Shown one piece after another: positions 58,201 through 64,000 of a stretch of DNA of 64,000 nucleotides. Position 1 is the first letter of the stretch, and every line of letters starts with the position of its first letter. This DNA is from Thecamonas trahens ATCC 50062. Taxonomy: Eukaryota; Protista; Apusomonadida. The translations under genes and the position numbers were made by a program. Below the pieces are notes generated by a model. It saw nothing but the letters and a program-made list of their open reading frames with translations. It did not search any database and was not told the origin of the DNA. Where the stretch lies: contig NW_013657630.1 of assembly GCF_000142905.1 (NCBI RefSeq), forward strand, positions 187,753-251,752. Direction: 5' to 3'.

Positions 58201-60603
58201 CCGCCACCACCATCACCACCACCGTCGCCGCCACCACCATCACCGCCTACTGTAGCTCCCAAGGTCATTACGCCCCGAGTGGTATCGGCAGCACCGTCGC
58301 TCTCGCCACTGGCGGGCGGTGTCGTCTTTACCCTCACCGGCACAGGCTTTGACGCTGGTCTCACTGCTGTGCTGGCGACAGCCACTTCGCCCACACTGGC
58401 GGTCAACGTCTCGGACGATGGGCAGCAGCTGACCTTTCTGGCGCCGCCACATCCGGTAGCCGAGTACGTGGCGCTGGAGATGGTGCACCCGACAGGCGGC
58501 AAGGGCGTGACGGACGTCTTCTATACCGACGACTGCCCCGAGCCTGGGTGGTTCGGCGTGGGTGCGTCGTGCCGGCCATGCCCAGCGGGCGGCATCTGCC
58601 CCGGCGGCAACCGCGTCTGGCCACAGCCGGGCTTCTGGACGCCTGACGAGGGCGCAGGCTACGTTATCGAGTGCAAGCCGCCGTCGGAGAGGTGTGCCGG
58701 CGGGCGGCAGTCCAGCTGCGGGCCCGAGTACGCCGGGCGGGAGTGTGCGCAGTGCGCGCCGGAGCACTACCGCGACGGCACACTCTGCGTCTCCTGCCCG
58801 CCGTCGAAGGCCGTCTTGGTGGCGCTCATCATGGCCAACGTCATTTTCTACTCGCTCGTCCTCCTCGCCATGCTCACTCTCTCGGACAAGCACCTCGGCG
58901 TGGCGGTGTCTGTCCTCGAAGTAGCGCAGTTTGTCCGCGGCTCACAGCAGGTGGCATCGGTGGCGACCGCTGAACCGCTGGCTACCGTCTACCGGCTCCT
59001 GGCGCTCTCGGCCATGGACGCCGAGTCGTTCCTCCAGCCCGGCTGCTCCATCGCGTCGTCGTTTGTGGTCCGCTTTTGGGCCTCAGTCTCGATCGGATAC
59101 GGAACCATGGTTGCCATGCTAGTCGCCATTCTCGCTCTCCGACTCGCGCTCGCGATGTGGGGCTTTACCGGCCTGGCCGAGTTTTACAAGCATCGCATCT
59201 TCCGGGCCGCCACCATTCTCTTCTCGCTTCTCTACCTCGTGGCGGCCTCGTCGTCGTTTGCCGGCGTCTTTTGCACCGCCGACAACGAGGGCGTGTGGCG
59301 GCTGGTAGCCGAGCCGGAGCTCGTCTGCTGGTCCGCCGACCACATGCCGATCTTCCTCGTCTCGCTCGTCATCATGCTCGTCCACACACTTGTCGGCGTC
59401 GTCGCCGTCTTTGTCTGGCTCGGTAGGTTCTCGTCGGCCTTGGACGCCGCGTACCTGCCTGCCACATCGGCACTAGTCAAGGCCTCGTGGACCCGAACCG
59501 ACTTTGTCATCCGCTACGGCCAGTTCTTCGAGGCCTACGTCGTCTGGTGGGGCGGCGCCCTGCACTACCTCTTTCTCCTCTCGCTCGCCTCCACCTCAGT
59601 CTTCGCCCAGAAGCACAACCTGGCCCAGCTCGGCGTCTCGCTCGGTGCCTCCGTCATCTACCTCGCCGCCATCATCATCTGGCACCCGTTCCGCCAACGC
59701 TGGCGCGAGGCTCTTGTTGTCGCCTTTCTCGTTCTCGCCTCGGCCATCCAGGTCTCGTCCTACCTCATCAGCGAGAAGCCGTCGCTCCGTCCGCCCGTCT
59801 CGTACTCGCTGATGGGCATATTTGCCATGGCCGTCATCCTCCTTGGCGCCTTTTTCTACACGCTCCGGCGCAAGGCTCGCGCGCGTGTCGGGCCCACCAA
59901 GGACGACCCGTCGGTTCTGGCCTCGGCCACCACCAGCAACGCCTCGAACACCTTCACTACCGTCGTCGAGGTCTTTGATCCGCCCTCGTCGTCGGCATCG
60001 GCTTCCACAACGTTGTCGTCATCGTCGTCCACGTCATCTACCCGCACCTCGTGTCGCGGCAACACGGTCACTTCCACCACAGAAGTCACCCCGGTTGTCC
60101 GGTTTGAGCTCGACGGCGGCCTGGCGGTGTCGAGCGACGATGACGAGCTTGTTGATGTGGGCGTTGTCTCTGCGGCGCGGCTGGCATTGCCAGCCGCCGC
60201 ACGGACCAAGGCCTCACTCAAGACCATGCGCCACTCTCAGTCAGCGGTCTCGCCGCGAGAGATAGGCGGTCTCAGGAACCTCAACAACTTCCGCAACATG
60301 CGGCATGTCGAGTCGATGAAGGTGCCGCCGTCGCGCCAGGCCACGCGCTCGGTCTCGGTCTCGATCCCCTCCGCCAGCCCCTTGGCAGGCTCCAGACCGC
60401 GACGGAAGAGGACGTCAAACAAGCGCATCTCGCGACAGAGCGGCCCGATGACCACAGAATCGACTGCACCCCTCACGTCCACCCCCGGCTCCCCCGCCAT
60501 CCGACGCGGAGCTCACCGCCGGGGCCGCCGTCGCACGCGGACGACCGAGTCGTCGCATACGGACATCTGCACCAGTGCTACCAGCGAGGACTTTTTCACC
60601 TAA
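55255..60603 (+). CDS. Cell-surface protein: signal peptide, 4 CUB domains, (SPPPP)n stalk, IPT/TIG domain, Cys-rich region, about 9 TM helices, disordered tail; 5' exon structure uncertain; frameshifts near 57082 and 57770-57810
   Basis: FDLESLFDYIMIYDG, FSIEADFDLLRVFDG, YAPYSHCAW, YALNLLCSW; PSLSPLAGGVVFTLTGTGF; CPGG.RVWPQPGFW; YGQFFEAY..WW..HPF. Confidence 0.8.
57550..58250 (+). repeat. Coding Ser-Pro4/5 (extensin-like) repeat
   Basis: CCG/CCA-rich tandem encoding SPPPPP. Confidence 0.9.
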
Positions 60604-60827
60604 GCCGCTGCATCTACCTGACCTTGCGTCCGGAGGGTGTTGGACCAGGGGCACTCGGGAGCGCGGCATGCCCATCGCCTCGATATCGAGAGCCCCCCCC
60701 CCCCCCCCCCCCCCTCCCCCATCTCTTGGACTGTACTGTTCATGTTGAGGCTCGCGCGCACAGTTGCGAACGAGTGTACCATCAAAAGCCAGTACTGGTG
60801 TCCTGTAGCGGTGGCTAGTAGTAGTAG

Positions 60828-63800
60828 CTAGTAGTGGCGGTACATGTTCTGCTGCTGGGTGAGGCGGACGTGAGCCTGAACCCGAGAGCGCTCGAGGACT
60901 AGCCGCGACATCTCGTCCTGGTGGGCCTGGACGATGGCGGCGTGGCGGGCTTCGAGCTCTGCTCGTTGCGCTGCCAGCCGTGCCATCTCTACCCGGGCCG
61001 AGTAAGCGTCGTAGACGGCAGAGGCCGGCGGGATGGTAACTTGCGGGCTTGAGGCGGGGATCGGCGCAGGGGCTGGGCTTGGGGCGGGGCCGGTGCAGGA
61101 GCTGGGCTCGGGGCCGGGGCATTAGTAGCAGCGCCAAGTGCAGGATTCAGAGTCTGGGTTGTACCCTGAGTCGGTGCTGGGCCTGGGGCGCCCGGCTGTA
61201 GCTCCGGTGACGGCTCTGGCAACGGCGACGACGATGTCGAATGTGAACCAACAAAGACTCGTAGGTGCTCATCGTCAAACGAGGAGGCACGCGGAGGCAG
61301 CTTGCCAGAGGGCATGCGCAGATGGTCGAGCGCGTGCACCGGTGCCGACACTGCCAGGTGGGCAAGCGGCCGGGAACCTGCTGCGGGTGACGGCGAGAGT
61401 TGCAGCGGTGCGGGGGTGAGCGGCGTGATGAGCGGCGAGCCAAGCGCCGACGGCATCGGCTTGTAGTAGAGCGATGAGTTGAGCGACGGCGGGGTATCGG
61501 TGACCCGGCGCGGCGACATGCGCACGGCCGAGGACGGGCGTGAGCCAGTACTAGTGGGCGACTGTGCAGCCGACTGCGACAACGGCGAGCTGCCGGTTGA
61601 GGCAGCACCCATCGGCGATCGTGTCACTGAACCCACGCCCATGCTCATGGCCATACCCATGCTTGTACCCATGCTGGTCATCATAGCGCGCTGCGCGTCG
61701 AGCACGCCTTGGTTGTACGCCATCTCCTCGCGTTGCGCTTGTAGCATGGCCTCGATACGCACAGCTTCAGCTGTGGCGGCAGAGGCGGGGCGAGGCACTG
61801 CTTCGGGTACAGTGTAGGAGGCGGCTGCAGGCGACACAGTCCGCCGGCGAGGCGACGGGGGCTTTGCCTGACTCGGGGCTGTTCGCGGGGAGCCACGCGA
61901 CGCATGCGATTTGGCCGGGGTCGAGGCAGGTCGGTTCGGGGGCGACTCGCGGTGCACTTGCTGCATGTGTGCTTGCGGCTGCTGGGCATGGGCGTGGGCG
62001 CGGGCGTGGGCGTTGGCGTGAGAAACCGGCGGCGTCGATGCGGCGGGCGTGTAGGTGACGGGCGAGCCGTTGTTGGACTTGTTGACAAACGAGGCAAAGG
62101 CCTCGACTGCGTCGGCGTGCGGCTGGGCGCCCTTTCGCAGCGAGCGGAGCGACTCGGTGACGAGCTTGTCGAGTGGGGCAGGCGCTGTTGCGGTGTGCTG
62201 GCTCCGCGGCGCAATGTCAGGCGTAGTTGGCGTCACCGAGTACGACGCCGGCGACTTGCCGATGCACGACGACGACGACGACGCTGAGCCATACGACGAT
62301 GATGACGACGACGACGAGGACGACGAGCTGCCGCCCTGGGTACGCATGACAGTGGTGTGTCGGGTGGAGCGGAGCGTCGGGGCTGCTTGTTTTGCCGACT
62401 CACCTTTGCCTCTTGTACGGATGGTGGGCGGCGAAATGCTGAGCTGCCGCTGGGAAAGCATTGGCGACGAGTTGGCGGCGTGTGCGGCGCGGAGACTGTT
62501 GCGTAGATTCGGGTGCAAGCGCGGCGACGACGAGACTGAGGAGATGTCTGATGCCGAGCCGCTATCTGGGCCAGACGAGGAGACGACAAGCGAGTGCGTG
62601 GACGAGGCGATACCCCGCGGCCGGATGGCGTCCCATATATCGACCGAGGCGCCTTTGGGCGAGAACGACGACGAGTTGGAGAAAGAGTCTGACGAGATCT
62701 CATCAAGGAGGACATCAATGAGCTCCAGAGGAAGTTCGTTCTCGGTCCGCGGCTGCTGGCGGACGGTGCGTTCGTTGTCAGCACGTGGCGATATTTTGGG
62801 TCGACTGCGGCCTGCGAGCGAGAAGCTGATGCTTGCGGCGTTACGTGGAGCGGCGGCTATGGCGCGGACCACAAGATCTGCATCGCCAGGGCCCTCGTCG
62901 GAGAGTACACGTTTTCCATCAGCGCGTCGGCCAAAGCGATCCTCGGGCGAGGCTGAAGCGTTGCGGGTACTGGAGCCCGAGGTCTGGGCGGTGACCGACC
63001 GGGAGCGCGGACGGTCATCTGAGACGTCGAGGTGGCCGCCCGGGGGCTTCGGAGCGTGGCCCTTTGTTTCGCGCGAGATCGGGCCACGTGAGACAGCTCG
63101 AGCCCTGGACTTGACTTTGGAGTTGACAGAGATGCGGAGGCCCGAGTGGCGCTCGTGAGAGAGCCCGCGGTCTGAGCAGTGTGAACTGCTTCCGGACGAG
63201 GCCGACGACGACTTGGAATGGGAGGCCAGTTGGTGGCGGGCGTAGTTAGGCCGCTTGCCCCGCGCCCGGGCCCGGCGGCGGACGGGCGCTTGCCTTGACC
63301 AAGGTCATGCTGAAAGGCGGCGCGCGAGGCTGCACACTCATCGTCGCACGAATCAGAGTGGGTGCCGGAGACCGCTGATGATGACGAGGCCGTGAGCGGG
63401 TCTTGGGTGATGGTGATAGTAGTTGGAGACGAAGGGGCGGCGCTGCTGTCGAGGCTCAAGGGCTCAGACGCTGACTTGGGCAGGGCGATGACGTCTCGGA
63501 GCGGTTGTGGGAGCGGGAGCGGGGCAAGCCTACGTTGGCGAGTGGGCGACTTGGGCTCGTCGACGGCTTCGACACCGCGTGACGAGGTGAGGCCGACCAT
63601 CTGGGCAGGCGTCCGCGACGACGAGCGGCCATGGGTAGTAGCGTTGGAGACCGAGGTGTCCGCCAGTGAGGAGCGCGAGCCCGAGTTGGTCATAGTGGGG
63701 AGGACACTCGAGTCGTCCATGACCGACTCGGAGAAGGAGACAAAGCCCTGGTCATTGGTAGGCGCAGTGGCAAAGTGCGATGGGGCACGGGCTTCGCGGC

Positions 63801-64000
63801 GCTGGGCAAGGTCGGGGATAAAAGGCGTGACCGGAGTGAGCAGCGAGGACGAAGACGACGATTCCGGCGAGGGCGAGCGGTGGCGCGAGCGCGAGGACGA
63901 GGCAAAGAGCTTGGACGGACCCTGCGAGCGCGAGCGCTTGATCTTGGAGCGGCGAGCAAAGGGGGACGAGTTGCGGTGACCCGAGATGTGGTGGGACAGA
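60828..64000 (-). CDS. Large Ser/Pro-rich low-complexity protein with C-terminal coiled coil (5' end outside window); -1 shifts near 63260 and 61088
   Basis: long GC3-biased frames that join with single-base insertions; corrected end ..EMARLAAQRAELEARHAAIVQAHQDEMSRL..MYRHY*. Confidence 0.6.

Overview
GC-rich, gene-dense nuclear DNA from a unicellular eukaryote: short GT..AG introns (GTACG/GTAAG/GTATG donors, CTCAC/CTAAC/CTGAT-type branch points), microsatellites and three N-gaps. The style fits an apusomonad such as Thecamonas, but the sequence alone cannot prove this. I find about 22 protein-coding genes: HeH/LEM-like-fused PI synthase, Churchill, an RNI-type LRR/coiled-coil protein, a Pro-rich unknown, PHD+PP2C-like, Trf4/PAPD5, Cfd1/NUBP2, a divergent CK2alpha-like kinase, ankyrin-POC5, a secreted plant-type LRR, bZIP with a DOG1-like tail, SPIN90/Dip1-like, a serpentine Cys-repeat RBR E3 ligase, GnT-I with a GnT-V-like C-terminal domain, an FAD monooxygenase, a TM double-RING protein, an MKP1-like tandem phosphatase, a hybrid (pseudo)histidine kinase, SMC6, TMEM170, a CUB/extensin/IPT multipass receptor-like protein and a partial low-complexity protein. 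There is also a BED-finger transposon relic and several minisatellites. The best candidate for a new system is the ~12-TM protein at 27011-31252, in which repeated extracellular 8-Cys modules are joined directly to a cytosolic RBR ubiquitin ligase plus UBA-like domain. Nine genes or gene segments need a one-base insertion (-1 shift), mostly at short homopolymers; this is most likely assembly error but can be tested. All family assignments come from recognising motifs by eye, with no database search.
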